Origin: Pseudomonadota bacterium
GTDB lineage: Bacteria > Myxococcota > JACRCW01 > JAFGSX01
Direction: 5' to 3'
DNA length: 64,000 nucleotides
Assembly (NCBI GenBank): GCA_043821645.1
Contig: JBDRCO010000076.1
Span: 130,965-194,964, forward strand
Shown one piece after another: positions 37,279-46,765 of the stretch. The notes beneath the pieces are model-generated. The model was not told the DNA's origin. It did not search any database and saw nothing but the letters and a program-made list of their open reading frames with translations. The translations under genes were made by a program, and so were the position numbers. Numbering within the stretch: position 1 is the stretch's first letter; each line of letters starts with the position of its first letter.

Positions 37279-38154
37279 TCAGTTGAAGTAGTCGGGGAGT
37301 GCCTGGAAATCCAGGTCGGTCAGGGCGCGTCCGTCAAGGCCAAGCACGAAGTTGACGTAGATGGGCAGCCGGGGCGCCACGCGCATGTTCAGCATTGCAT
37401 GGTCGACGTAGCTGTATTCGGCGCTCTGCTCCTCGCCTCCCAGCGTGCTCTCGATGCGGGTCATGCGGCCCTGGTCGTCGTAGCTCAGGTTCCATCGATC
37501 GTCACCGTCCACGATCTCCTGCACCTGGCCATCCTTGTAGGACAGCCTGTAGTCCATGTCGTCGCCGTTGCGTTGCTGAACCTCGATGCGGGTCAGCTGG
37601 CCCTCGTTCCACTCGTAGCGAATGAAGAGATCGCCGCCGTCGAGTTCCATGATGCGGCCGTCCGCGTCATAGCGTACGTCCGCGCGCTCGTTGACCCTGA
37701 AGATCCACAGCTCCCACTTGTAGGCGAGCTGCACCATGCGGTTGTCCTCGGCATCATAGGCCGCCTCGATGTTGACCTCGATGTCACCGTTGGGTCCCGA
37801 GTCGGTCTCGATCTTCTGCAGCTTGCCGTTGGGGCGGTACAGGAACTGTCCCACGCTATCGAGGTTGTCGTTGTCTGAACTCTGGTCATAACGCGTGAGG
37901 CGCTCCTCGCTGTAGCTGTAGGTGACGTGAGCCCTGTCCTTGACGTCGGAGCCGCTGGTCGACAGCGTGAGCTCCGCGCTGGCCAGCGGTTTGCCCCCGA
38001 GCAGGGGACCGTCGCCGTAGTGGTACTGCCACTCGCTGGTGGTGGTGACCTGATTTGCGGTCTGCTTGTACACCGCCCGCTCGACACCGAGGCGTGGCGC
38101 CTGGGGCTGACACGCCGCGGTGACCAACAAGACCAGGAACGTCCAGGTGCGCAT
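37279..38154 (-). CDS. Lipoprotein with YD/RHS-like beta-hairpin repeats
   Basis: Lipobox TAAC, repeated YDADGRI / YDDQGRMTRI / YKDGQV. Confidence 0.72.
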   Translation of the reverse strand: MRTWTFLVLLVTAACQPQAPRLGVERAVYKQTANQVTTTSEWQYHYGDGPLLGGKPLASAELTLSTSGSDVKDRAHVTYSYSEERLTRYDQSSDNDNLDSVGQFLYRPNGKLQKIETDSGPNGDIEVNIEAAYDAEDNRMVQLAYKWELWIFRVNERADVRYDADGRIMELDGGDLFIRYEWNEGQLTRIEVQQRNGDDMDYRLSYKDGQVQEIVDGDDRWNLSYDDQGRMTRIESTLGGEEQSAEYSYVDHAMLNMRVAPRLPIYVNFVLGLDGRALTDLDFQALPDYFN

Positions 38155-38255
38155 GCGTCCCTCCGTGACTGCCGAGACCTCCACCTTGCCACAGGCCTGG
38201 CGGGCTGTCTCCCGGGACAGGGGTGATCTGGCGGCGACCATCGCGTCCGTGTTCC

Positions 38256-38696
38256 TTACTCCGCGGGCTTGAATCCATAGCGTCCCATCAGGTCGGGCGG
38301 AATGCGCCGAGGTCGCCGGGTCTCGACGTCACACAGCACCCAGGTGGTGGTGGCTCGCACCAGGAGCTGCCCTGCGCCATCGAAGAAGCGACTGGCTCGG
38401 TTCGAGGACACGCCGCGCTGATCCTGCACCCAGGTCACGCCGGTGACGACGTCCCCCTCGAGCGCCTGGCGAAGGTACTCGACCTCGTGCTTGCGGATGA
38501 TCCACAGGTAGCCAAGCGCTGTGTAGGTATCGAAATCCAGACCCACCGAGCTTGAATGGGTGGTGGCGAGGTCATTGATCCACTGCACCCAGCGCACGTT
38601 GTTGACGTGGCCGAGCAGATCGATGTCCCCGGCACCGGCGATGAGGGTCATGCTGAAGGCGCTCGCAGGGGGCGTGTCGTCGTGGTGGATGCGCAT
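38256..38696 (-). CDS. Acyl-CoA thioesterase (4HBT/YbgC hotdog fold)
   Basis: DIDLLGHVNNVRW, HEVEYL and RPRRIP. Confidence 0.88.
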   Translation of the reverse strand: MRIHHDDTPPASAFSMTLIAGAGDIDLLGHVNNVRWVQWINDLATTHSSSVGLDFDTYTALGYLWIIRKHEVEYLRQALEGDVVTGVTWVQDQRGVSSNRASRFFDGAGQLLVRATTTWVLCDVETRRPRRIPPDLMGRYGFKPAE

Positions 38697-38739
38697 GGTC
38701 GATCTCTACACGGTGCGGGATCGCAAAGAAAAAGCTGCC

Positions 38740-39843
38740 TCACTCGAGGTGGTAACGGATGGTCAAGTGTGGCCGAGTGGTCTGAGCGCGCGCCGGGTCC
38801 AGTCCCGACAGCGACCGATGGTCCTGGTAGGCCGCGCCATCCTGGTCGGTCGCGGCATTGATGAGGAGCAGGGTCACCGCATGACCGGGCTGCCAGTCGC
38901 TGCGGTCGATCACCTCCTGCACCAGCGGCGCGAGTTGCTTGGGGCAAGCAAAACGGACGTCGCGCTGCCAGCAGTCCCGCTGGCGCTGTGGACAGTCGTA
39001 TTCGGTGAGGTCCGTGCAGCTATCGTTGCAGCGGACCAGCCAGTGGTCGATGTGTGCCGCGGTCCGCGCGCGCTGATCCGGGCGTCCACTTTGCTGATTC
39101 TGTGGGTCGAAGGGCGCCGAGTCTCCGCTGTCCTCCGCATACACGTTGATCCACAGATTGCGGCTCGAGTCCACGTCGTTGGCGGGCGAGAACTCGAGAA
39201 CCGCATCGTCGATGATGGCGCCTCGAGGCACGGCCACCCCGTCGAAGCGCAGGCCCGTGTGGTAGGAAACATGGTCCACATCCCAGTGCCGCCCAAGGTA
39301 CACGGTGTCGCCACTGAACTGATTCCACGCGCTCTGACCCGGGTCCATCAGGTACGAGGTCACCGCGTCGTCGTCGCTGGCCAGCCAGTGCTCGACGGTG
39401 GCCGAGGCGGGCAGGCTCGCATCCACGCTTTCCGTGTCCGGTGCCACGGCCACATCGGCCTGAGCGGCATCCGTCGCTGGTGCAGCATCCGTCGCTAGCA
39501 TGACGTCTGGTTCCCATGCTGCATCCGTACGGTCGGCGCAGCATCCGGCATCGGGGATCTGCCCGTCACCTGAGGTCCCGTCCGCGAGCGCAAAAAGATC
39601 GCGCGTGCCATTGTCCGCGGCGACGGGTGCATCGGCCAGGGTGCTGTCGCCCCGGGCCGCGTCGAAGAGCCAGCCATCCCGAGCAGGACGGGCGTCGCTG
39701 GCCGCGGTGGAACCCCCACAATCCGCGCCACAGGACCCCGCAGCGAACACAAAGAACAGCGTGAACGCGCAACGTGGAGAGCAGGACACTCCATTCGTCG
39801 CCAGCGGGAAACAAGGCTTCGTGCCGAACATGCAGGCCTCCAT
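38740..39843 (-). CDS. Exported protein with Asp-rich linker and DNRLRE-like beta domain
   Basis: SDDDA, TGLRFDGVAVPRGAIIDDAVLEF, LVQEVIDRSDW and RPHLTIRY. Start uncertain. Confidence 0.65.
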   Translation of the reverse strand: MEACMFGTKPCFPLATNGVSCSPRCAFTLFFVFAAGSCGADCGGSTAASDARPARDGWLFDAARGDSTLADAPVAADNGTRDLFALADGTSGDGQIPDAGCCADRTDAAWEPDVMLATDAAPATDAAQADVAVAPDTESVDASLPASATVEHWLASDDDAVTSYLMDPGQSAWNQFSGDTVYLGRHWDVDHVSYHTGLRFDGVAVPRGAIIDDAVLEFSPANDVDSSRNLWINVYAEDSGDSAPFDPQNQQSGRPDQRARTAAHIDHWLVRCNDSCTDLTEYDCPQRQRDCWQRDVRFACPKQLAPLVQEVIDRSDWQPGHAVTLLLINAATDQDGAAYQDHRSLSGLDPARAQTTRPHLTIRYHLE

Positions 39844-40036
39844 GCACCACCAGACAGGGTCTCCCTCAGCTTTTCTTCCAACGACGTGAAAGTGTGAGCG
39901 ACCGCAGGAGGGCTATCTAAGAGTGCCTGGGTCCGTGCTGCAAGCCTTGCTGGCGTCTGCTGGCACTTGGTCGAGTGCGGGCTGCACGCTACAGTGCCCA
40001 GGGGGATCCCGCCGATCCGCCGTGGGGAGAGTTGTG

Positions 40037-41200
40037 ATGAAGCGCGCTCGTCTGATCGTCGCGGTCCTGTGGAGCTGCGCTGCATGCGTCGTGGCCTGCG
40101 ATCCGGGTGCGGGGGCGAGCGACGCCTCGGACCGGGACGTCCGGATGACCGACCTGGGCCCAGGTGCTGATGTCGTGGTGCTCGACGCGGGCCCCCGCGA
40201 CCACGGGACCTCCGATGCCCAGGCCCACCTGCTGCCAGGTCTCGAGGGCCGGATCTGTGCACCGTCGGGGGATTTCTTCATTGCCGATGCGGTGGTCTCG
40301 ATGCGCTGGCTCGAGGAACGCGGAGTTCGCGCGGTGACGCACATTCGCAGCACCCGCAGCGGACCCGGAGGCGCGTTCCGGCTCCGGGATCTCCCGACGG
40401 GTCACTTTCACGTCGACGTCCGTTTTGGCCGGCTTCACCTTGTGTTCGAGGCGGATATCCTCGCACCCGGAATGACCGGCACTCTCGAATCTGGCCTGAC
40501 ACCTGTGGGAGACCACTGCTTCGACGGCGCCCAGCTCAAGCTTGCGGTGGTGACCGGTATCTACGACAGCATCGAACACGTGATCGAGGACCTCGGCTTC
40601 ACCGACGTCACGCTCTACGGCGAAGAGCCTGGATGGCACCAGACCTTCTTCGACCCGGCCCTGCTCGCGCAGTATGACGCGGTGTACTTCAATTGTGGCC
40701 TCGACGACACCTCCCTCAGTTATGCGGTGGCCGCTAGCGCCTTGCGCACCTACGTGGCCCAGGGGGGTTCGGTCTACGCCTCGGACTGGGCCTATTTCCT
40801 GGTCGAGCACAGCTGGCCCGAGCAGGTGGACTTCTTGCTCGCCGACCTGACGCGGGGTGACGCCCTGCTCGGGGCCACGGGAGATGTTCAGGCCGAACTC
40901 CACGGCAGTGCCGTGTCCAAGACCTGCGGGCGCCAGGCACTGATCAGCTTCGACCTGCCTTACTGGGCGGTGATGGAGCGCGTGGCATCGAGCACCGAGT
41001 TGCTGGCGAGCGGCACCATCGAGGCGTACGCCAGCGAGAGCGACTGGGATCCTTCGGTCGTGCTCGACAACGCGCCGCTCATGATCCGCTTTGCCCCGGC
41101 GCAGGATCTCGCAAGTGTGGTGTTCACGAGCTTCCACAACGAGGCCCAGGCCACCGACGACATGCTGTGCATTCTCAAGACCATGATCCTGTCTCTGTAA
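40037..41200 (+). CDS. Lipoprotein, carboxypeptidase-regulatory-like domain + class-I amidotransferase-like domain
   Basis: Lipobox VVAC, AVVTGIYDSIE, YDAVYFNCG, GGSVYASDWA and VVFTSFHNE. Confidence 0.72.
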   Translation: MKRARLIVAVLWSCAACVVACDPGAGASDASDRDVRMTDLGPGADVVVLDAGPRDHGTSDAQAHLLPGLEGRICAPSGDFFIADAVVSMRWLEERGVRAVTHIRSTRSGPGGAFRLRDLPTGHFHVDVRFGRLHLVFEADILAPGMTGTLESGLTPVGDHCFDGAQLKLAVVTGIYDSIEHVIEDLGFTDVTLYGEEPGWHQTFFDPALLAQYDAVYFNCGLDDTSLSYAVAASALRTYVAQGGSVYASDWAYFLVEHSWPEQVDFLLADLTRGDALLGATGDVQAELHGSAVSKTCGRQALISFDLPYWAVMERVASSTELLASGTIEAYASESDWDPSVVLDNAPLMIRFAPAQDLASVVFTSFHNEAQATDDMLCILKTMILSL

Positions 41201-41333
41201 AGGACGCGGCCGGGTCTGATTCGCCGGATCTTCACCGCGTGCCCCGTCCCATCTCTGGTTTATCGAAGGTCAGGATGCCTGGCGGCCTCGCCGGGCGCTT
41301 GCCAGGGCGCGGTGAGTTGCATACACGGGCAGG

Positions 41334-42536
41334 ATGTCGCGCAGTCTTGTTTTCCGGCGCAGCGGCCGCAACCACAACGCCCTGGCAGCCCTGGCCGCAG
41401 CACTTGAGAGCAGCGGCGGGCTCGGCGACCTGACCGTGAGTGTTGTGGATTCCCTCGACGCCGTGCCTGACGACCTGGCGGTGCTGGCCTACAGCTTCCT
41501 CACACCCGACCTCGAGCGCGTCCGCGACGAGGTGGTGGAGCTTCGTCGCCTGCGTGGGCAGGGTGTGGTGCTCGTCGCAGGTGGCGCTCACGCCAGCGCG
41601 GATCCGGGGGGAACACTGGCCCTGGGCTTCGATGCGGTCTTCGTCGGCGAGGGTGAGCGGAGCTTTCCAGCTTTCATCCAGCGCATGCTCGAGAGCGGGG
41701 AGGTCGTGCGGGGTCGCATCGATCCTGGCCCCCCGATCGACCTCGACGACTTTGACTGGGACGATGCTCGCCGGGGCAACTTTCCCTTTGCTGAGATCAC
41801 CCGCGGCTGCCCCCATGGCTGCGCCTTTTGCCAGGTGCCCGTGCTGTTCGGGCGCCGCATGCGGCATCGCAGCCCTGCGGCCATTGCCCGGGGTGTCGCG
41901 CGAAGTGCCGGGGCCGGGCATCGCCGCTTTCGCTATCTCAGCTCGGACGCCTTTGCCTATCGTGGAGCTGCGCGTGACGTCGAGAAATCTCTGACCGCGC
42001 TGCTCGATGCGTCGGAGGCCGCGGGTGCCAGGCAGCAGCTCCTTGGTAACTTTCCCGCCGAGGTTCGCCCCGATCGCGTGACGCCCGAGCTCCTGGCTCT
42101 GGTGCGTGCGCGCTGCTTCAACCGGACCCTCGTCATCGGTGCGCAGTCCGGTAGCGACCGGGTGCTGGAGCTGATGCATCGTGGACACGACGTCGAGACC
42201 TCGCGGCTGGCCATCGCGCTCACCGTCGAGGCTGGGCTGGTGCCGCACGTCGACATTCTTCTGTGCTTTCCCGGGGAAGATGCTTCCGAGCAGGGAGCGA
42301 CCCTGGACCTCGCGGACTGGTGCATCGCCGTGGGCGCGCGCGTCCACGCGCACTCCTACATCCCGCTCCCCGGTACCCCCTCCTGGCCTGCACCCCCCGA
42401 GGCACTCACCCCGTCCACCCGAAGCCGACTCAAGGGCCTGGAGCAACGCGGCGCTCTGGACGGTTACTGGGAGCAACACATCGGGATGGCGCGCAAGATT
42501 CTCCTGTGGCGTCGTCGAGGCTGGATCCAGGTGTGA
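41334..42536 (+). CDS. B12-binding-domain radical SAM protein (TIGR04013-like)
   Basis: YSFLT, VAGGAHAS, VGEGE, EITRGCPHGCAFC, EVRPD and IGAQSGSDRVL. Confidence 0.87.
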   Translation: MSRSLVFRRSGRNHNALAALAAALESSGGLGDLTVSVVDSLDAVPDDLAVLAYSFLTPDLERVRDEVVELRRLRGQGVVLVAGGAHASADPGGTLALGFDAVFVGEGERSFPAFIQRMLESGEVVRGRIDPGPPIDLDDFDWDDARRGNFPFAEITRGCPHGCAFCQVPVLFGRRMRHRSPAAIARGVARSAGAGHRRFRYLSSDAFAYRGAARDVEKSLTALLDASEAAGARQQLLGNFPAEVRPDRVTPELLALVRARCFNRTLVIGAQSGSDRVLELMHRGHDVETSRLAIALTVEAGLVPHVDILLCFPGEDASEQGATLDLADWCIAVGARVHAHSYIPLPGTPSWPAPPEALTPSTRSRLKGLEQRGALDGYWEQHIGMARKILLWRRRGWIQV

Positions 42537-42564
42537 GGGCGCAACGCGTCGACGGGGTTCACGG

Positions 42565-43143
42565 TCAGGTCATGCCCAAGGTGCGCAGCTTGGGCTGGAT
42601 CACGATCCGGCAATAGCCGGCGTCGGGATTCTTCCTGAAGTAGTGCTGGTGGCTGTCCTCGGCCGGGTAGAAGGTGCCAGCCGGCAACACCTCGGTTACC
42701 ACCTGGGGCCCATGGCGGCCGCTGGCGTCGAGCTTGATGATGGCGTCGCGGGCGATCTGTTCCTGTTGCGGACTGGTGGTGAAGATGACGGACCTGTACT
42801 GGCTCCCCACGTCTGCGCCCTGGCGATCCTTCTGGGTCGGATCATGCGCGCGGAAGAACAGATCCAGGATCTGCGCGAAGTCGATGCGCCCCGGGTCGTA
42901 GGTCAGTCGCACGACCTCCGCGTGACCCGTCCGGCCCGTGCACACATCGAGGTACGAGGGAGAATCGACGTGTCCGCCGGCATAGCCTGAGGTCACGTCG
43001 AGGACCCCAGCCATGCCCTCGAACACCGCCTCGATGCACCAGAAGCAACCACCGCCCACGATCGCGGTTTCGCGGGCCACGTCGGCCCTGGTTGCCGAAG
43101 ACGCTGACCTCGGTGCGCCGTCGGGCTCCCGTTTCTCTTCCAT
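42565..43143 (-). CDS. msrA: Peptide-methionine (S)-S-oxide reductase
   Basis: GGGCFWCIE, SGYAGG, TGHAEVV, HDPT, QYRS and AEDSHQHY. Confidence 0.95.
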   Translation of the reverse strand: MEEKREPDGAPRSASSATRADVARETAIVGGGCFWCIEAVFEGMAGVLDVTSGYAGGHVDSPSYLDVCTGRTGHAEVVRLTYDPGRIDFAQILDLFFRAHDPTQKDRQGADVGSQYRSVIFTTSPQQEQIARDAIIKLDASGRHGPQVVTEVLPAGTFYPAEDSHQHYFRKNPDAGYCRIVIQPKLRTLGMT

Positions 43144-43206
43144 GCCGGGGCTCCTCTCGCCAGCCACCCCGACACGCATGTAGTGCGAATCCTGGCGCAG
43201 GCAAGC

Positions 43207-44118
43207 TCAGGGCCTGGCCTGTCCTGCGCTGACCAGCGCGGAGAGCGGTCCGTGCTCCCGCAGCCAGCACAGCTGCTCGTCGTTGCGAACCAGCAGGGCG
43301 CCGGCATATCCCAGAGCATTGATGGAGATGCCTGCCACCTTCTCCTGCCGTCTCGGTACCAGCACCATATGTGTTCGTGTGACCAGCAGGTTGTAGGGAC
43401 AGCTCTGCACCTGGCCCGCCCGGGCGGGACCCATGCCCACGACCTGGATCAGCTCGTGGTAGCGCTCGCACATCCTTGCTGCGGCGAGGCGAGGGTTCCG
43501 CAGCAGCATCGGGTCCAGCGCGCCGATTGAATGCGCAAAGGGAAACAACTCACTGGTCTGGGGGGTGACACCGCTGCCGACTTCCAGCCACCTCGCCAGC
43601 GGGAAGCGCGGACCGCCTGGACCAAGGGGAAGAGGCACCACCTGCACATGCTTGTGTGGCTGGCTCGCCCCGGCCTCGGCCCCTCCGTTGTAAAACGCGA
43701 GGCCGTCGATCTGCGCCAGGACCAGGCTCAGCGCCTCGAAGTCCCCGGTGTCGAGCCATTGTTCCTGCGGCGCAAACGCCCGCGTCACCAGCAGCAGGTG
43801 ATGCGGGACCACGAAGAACTTGTTGAGCAGGACGTGGTGGGTGGGCGACAGGTCCGCGACCCAGAGTGCGGGGTCGTGAGGCAAGAAAGGATTCACGTCG
43901 CGCTGGCCCGCTGCCTGCAACCTGCGCTCGGCCTCGCGAGCGCCGTCCTTGCGCGCGAGGTTGGACACCACACGCACCGCGAAGTGCAGGGGCCCTTCGA
44001 CGAGCTCCTCGCCACGGGTGTCGATGGGCAGCAATGCGCCACACGCGAGCCCCTGCGCCGAGGCATCGAGGACGCGCGGCCAGAGCTTTCCAGGCGCTCT
44101 CTCTCGCTGTGCCGCCAT
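43207..44118 (-). CDS. ATP adenylyltransferase / Ap4A phosphorylase (Apa2-like)
   Basis: NPFLP, LLNKF, FYNGG.EAGASQPHKHVQ (HxHxQ) and INALGYAG. Confidence 0.88.
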   Translation of the reverse strand: MAAQRERAPGKLWPRVLDASAQGLACGALLPIDTRGEELVEGPLHFAVRVVSNLARKDGAREAERRLQAAGQRDVNPFLPHDPALWVADLSPTHHVLLNKFFVVPHHLLLVTRAFAPQEQWLDTGDFEALSLVLAQIDGLAFYNGGAEAGASQPHKHVQVVPLPLGPGGPRFPLARWLEVGSGVTPQTSELFPFAHSIGALDPMLLRNPRLAAARMCERYHELIQVVGMGPARAGQVQSCPYNLLVTRTHMVLVPRRQEKVAGISINALGYAGALLVRNDEQLCWLREHGPLSALVSAGQARP

Positions 44119-44246
44119 GTCTTCTCCTTCGCCACGGCAGTGTATGCAGGCTGGATGCGTGGCGCCATTGTCGCCGCTCCGGGACCTCGCTATAGCTTCC
44201 GACGGCGTCCTGCCTGTGAACTCGGACGCGATGCCCGGAGCAGACC

Positions 44247-44549
44247 ATGGCAAGCGAGCACACTTCGCCTTACCTCGTGCACATCTTCGTGTGCACCAAC
44301 GACCGGCACGGTGAGAGGCCGTCCTGTGCCGACGGAAAAGGGGCGGAGCTGCGACAGTGCCTCAAGCAGGGCGTCGAAGAACGTGGGCTCAAGCCACGGG
44401 TTCGCCTGTCGTCGAGTGGCTGCCTCGGGTTGTGTGCCAAAGGACCCAACGTGCTGATCTATCCTCAGGGGATCTGGCTGGCTGGACAGGCGCCCGACGA
44501 CGCGCCGGCCATCCTCGATCGTGTCGAGGCCCTGCTGAATCGGGGTTGA
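44247..44549 (+). CDS. Thioredoxin-like [2Fe-2S] ferredoxin
   Basis: HIFVCTN..SC..GCLGLC..GP...IYP.G.W. Confidence 0.88.
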   Translation: MASEHTSPYLVHIFVCTNDRHGERPSCADGKGAELRQCLKQGVEERGLKPRVRLSSSGCLGLCAKGPNVLIYPQGIWLAGQAPDDAPAILDRVEALLNRG

Positions 44550-44574
44550 ACCCGCTGCGCTGGATGCCACGATA

Positions 44575-45180
44575 TCAGGCGGCCTCGCGCAGCTTGTTCA
44601 GAAAGACCGAGACCACGTGATGGGTCAGCCCCCACACGGTTTCTCCGTCGTGGCGCCAGCAGGGGAAGCGGCGGGTGGACCACGCGATGCGGTAGTCCAG
44701 CGTTCCGTCGAGGGCCCCGCTCGCCACCTGGTCCAGCGGCAACCAGAAGGTGTGCGCTGCCTCCTCTCCTGCCCTGGGTTCTTCCCACTGCGTCTGCTCG
44801 AAGACCACCGGGGTGATGTGGAGTGGCCTGGCCAGGCCGCGAGGCACCGGGTGCAGGGGCGGTAGCACGCCCAGAACCCTGGCGCAGGATCCCAGGTCGA
44901 GCCCGACCTCCTCCTGCGTCTCACGTCGGGCGATGTCCACTGCGGCGTGCTCCCCGCGCTTGGAACCGCCCCCGGGCAGGGACACGTGGCCTGACCAGGG
45001 GTCGCCGCGGCGCTCGATGCGCCGCATCAGCAGCAGGTCCGGGGCATCGCGGGAAAAGCGGAGCACCATCGCCACCGCCGCTGCGCGTTCGAAAAAGCGC
45101 GTGTGCCGACCTGGGCCCTGCGACGCGAGCACGCGCTCGATGTGCGGGAGCCGCAGGGCAGAAGGCGGAAAGGCAGGCAC
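44575..45180 (-). CDS. Nudix hydrolase, CoA pyrophosphatase family
   Basis: AAVAM, LLMRR, WSGHVSLPGG, ARRETQEEVGL and VWGLT. GTG start approximate. Confidence 0.85.
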   Translation of the reverse strand: MPAFPPSALRLPHIERVLASQGPGRHTRFFERAAAVAMVLRFSRDAPDLLLMRRIERRGDPWSGHVSLPGGGSKRGEHAAVDIARRETQEEVGLDLGSCARVLGVLPPLHPVPRGLARPLHITPVVFEQTQWEEPRAGEEAAHTFWLPLDQVASGALDGTLDYRIAWSTRRFPCWRHDGETVWGLTHHVVSVFLNKLREAA

Positions 45181-45196
45181 GTCGTTGAATCCCGGC

Positions 45197-46093
45197 TCAG
45201 GGTAGCTCGCGCTGAGCCAGCCAGCGCCACAGCGCATGGGCCTCGTTGGTCGTGACGTAGCGCGGCTGGTCGCGCTCCAGTGCCGCGTAGGTCTCGGGTA
45301 CGGCCGAGAACATCCAGTAACCCAGCGCGAGACCGCGAGAGGCAAAGGCCTGGCGCTGGCCAAGCGAGATCCAGTGCGGGTGGGCGGTGACCATCGAGAT
45401 TCCGGTCGACGCGTCGAACTCCTCGAGGGTGTGGTTCTGGGAGTCCAGGGGAGTGGGCAATCCAAGAATGGCGCCGGTGCGCACGACGACGTTGTCGCTG
45501 TCCTGCCAGCCGCGGGCCGCGAGCCGCGACTGCACCTCGCTCAGCAGCACAGGCACGAATGAGGTGAAGGTGATCTCCACCGGCAGGCCCTCCTGCTGTG
45601 CAGGTCCGGCCAGGGTGTCCAGGATCTCCAGGGCGCAGTCCGCATGGGCGGTGCGCTGGCCCTCGTCGTGGAGTTCGGACTTGGCTGGACCGACGTGCCC
45701 CTTGAGCTCGACGAAGAGGACAAAGGGCCCTCGACTCCGGCTCAGGGGTCGAGCCTCGCGGCGCAGGTCGCGCAGGTGGTCGCGCACCATCTCCGCCGCG
45801 GTGCGAGCGGGGAGCCGGCTCGCATTCTCGAGGTCGTGGGCGAACAGACAGCGCGACTCGGCGCCGAACCAGAAGGTATCGATCTCGACGCCGTCGAGGA
45901 GGGGTGTGCCGTCGTCGCTGCGCAGGGCCAGCGAGGCCTCCAGCGATTCGACCGTGTCATCCTCTTCAGGCCGCGGCGGTTCGACGCAGTTGCTGTTGTG
46001 GCAGATCAGGCGCGGCGACCAGGATCCGCTGGCAGGGGCGCAGCTTGCGGTCACAACGATTCCTGTCACGACGAGAAGGTGTCGCATGCTCAT
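45197..46093 (-). CDS. Lipoprotein, glycerophosphodiester phosphodiesterase (PLC-like TIM barrel)-like
   Basis: Lipobox TASC, with ICH, VEID, AHD and VELK motifs. ATGA overlap with the upstream gene. Confidence 0.6.
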   Translation of the reverse strand: MSMRHLLVVTGIVVTASCAPASGSWSPRLICHNSNCVEPPRPEEDDTVESLEASLALRSDDGTPLLDGVEIDTFWFGAESRCLFAHDLENASRLPARTAAEMVRDHLRDLRREARPLSRSRGPFVLFVELKGHVGPAKSELHDEGQRTAHADCALEILDTLAGPAQQEGLPVEITFTSFVPVLLSEVQSRLAARGWQDSDNVVVRTGAILGLPTPLDSQNHTLEEFDASTGISMVTAHPHWISLGQRQAFASRGLALGYWMFSAVPETYAALERDQPRYVTTNEAHALWRWLAQRELP

Positions 46094-46707
46094 GGCTGCC
46101 ACCCCAGCTCGAGACGCAGGAACAGGGCCAGGTTGACCAGGTCAATGTAGTGCCGGCCCGAGGCAAAGGAGATGGTCTCGGCCGGGATGCCGCCGCCGTG
46201 CTTGAGCAGCACACTGGACATCTCGAGCCCGACCTGCCCTCCGAGCAGACCACCGAACCAGCGCGGGAGCTCGGCACCCGCACCCAGCAGCAGGTTGTGC
46301 TGGAACTGTGCACCCTCGAGCAGCGGGATGGTGCTCAGGCGCCAGCCGCCAAACAGGGCGACTCCGAGATCGCTGCGCCACTGGGCGATGAAGTCGCTGC
46401 TCATCTGACCGTCGAGCAGCACCATCGGATCCACGACGAGGAGCATGTCGAGATCTTTCCACTGCGCACCCGCGTCGAGCCGGATCGGGTGCACCCCTAC
46501 GTCGGTGCGCAGGTTGAGACCGCCGTGCAGGCGCAGGGACTTGTCTTCGTCCAAAGGTTGCGCTGTAGCGGGCGCTGAAGAGGGGTCCGCGGGGATGCTG
46601 ACCTCATCGCTCGTCGCCGGAGCGCTGTCCTGCGCACGGAGTGGCGTGGTCGAGAACAGGATCAGAAAGGCCAGAGGAAGGAGGGACCGAAAGCGTGGGG
46701 CATGCAT
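46090..46707 (-). CDS. Secreted, probable outer-membrane beta-strand protein
   Basis: Signal peptide, amphipathic beta strands, C-terminal LRLELGW. Confidence 0.6.
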   Translation of the reverse strand: MHAPRFRSLLPLAFLILFSTTPLRAQDSAPATSDEVSIPADPSSAPATAQPLDEDKSLRLHGGLNLRTDVGVHPIRLDAGAQWKDLDMLLVVDPMVLLDGQMSSDFIAQWRSDLGVALFGGWRLSTIPLLEGAQFQHNLLLGAGAELPRWFGGLLGGQVGLEMSSVLLKHGGGIPAETISFASGRHYIDLVNLALFLRLELGWQP

Positions 46708-46765
46708 GGTGAAGAACCTCCAGGATGCAGAGCGACGCGGAGCTGCTTGGTCGGTCCCGACCCTG

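Noticed and set aside
42565-43143. Selenocysteine form of MsrA
   Set aside because: The active site is ordinary GCFWC with Cys codons and no in-frame TGA.
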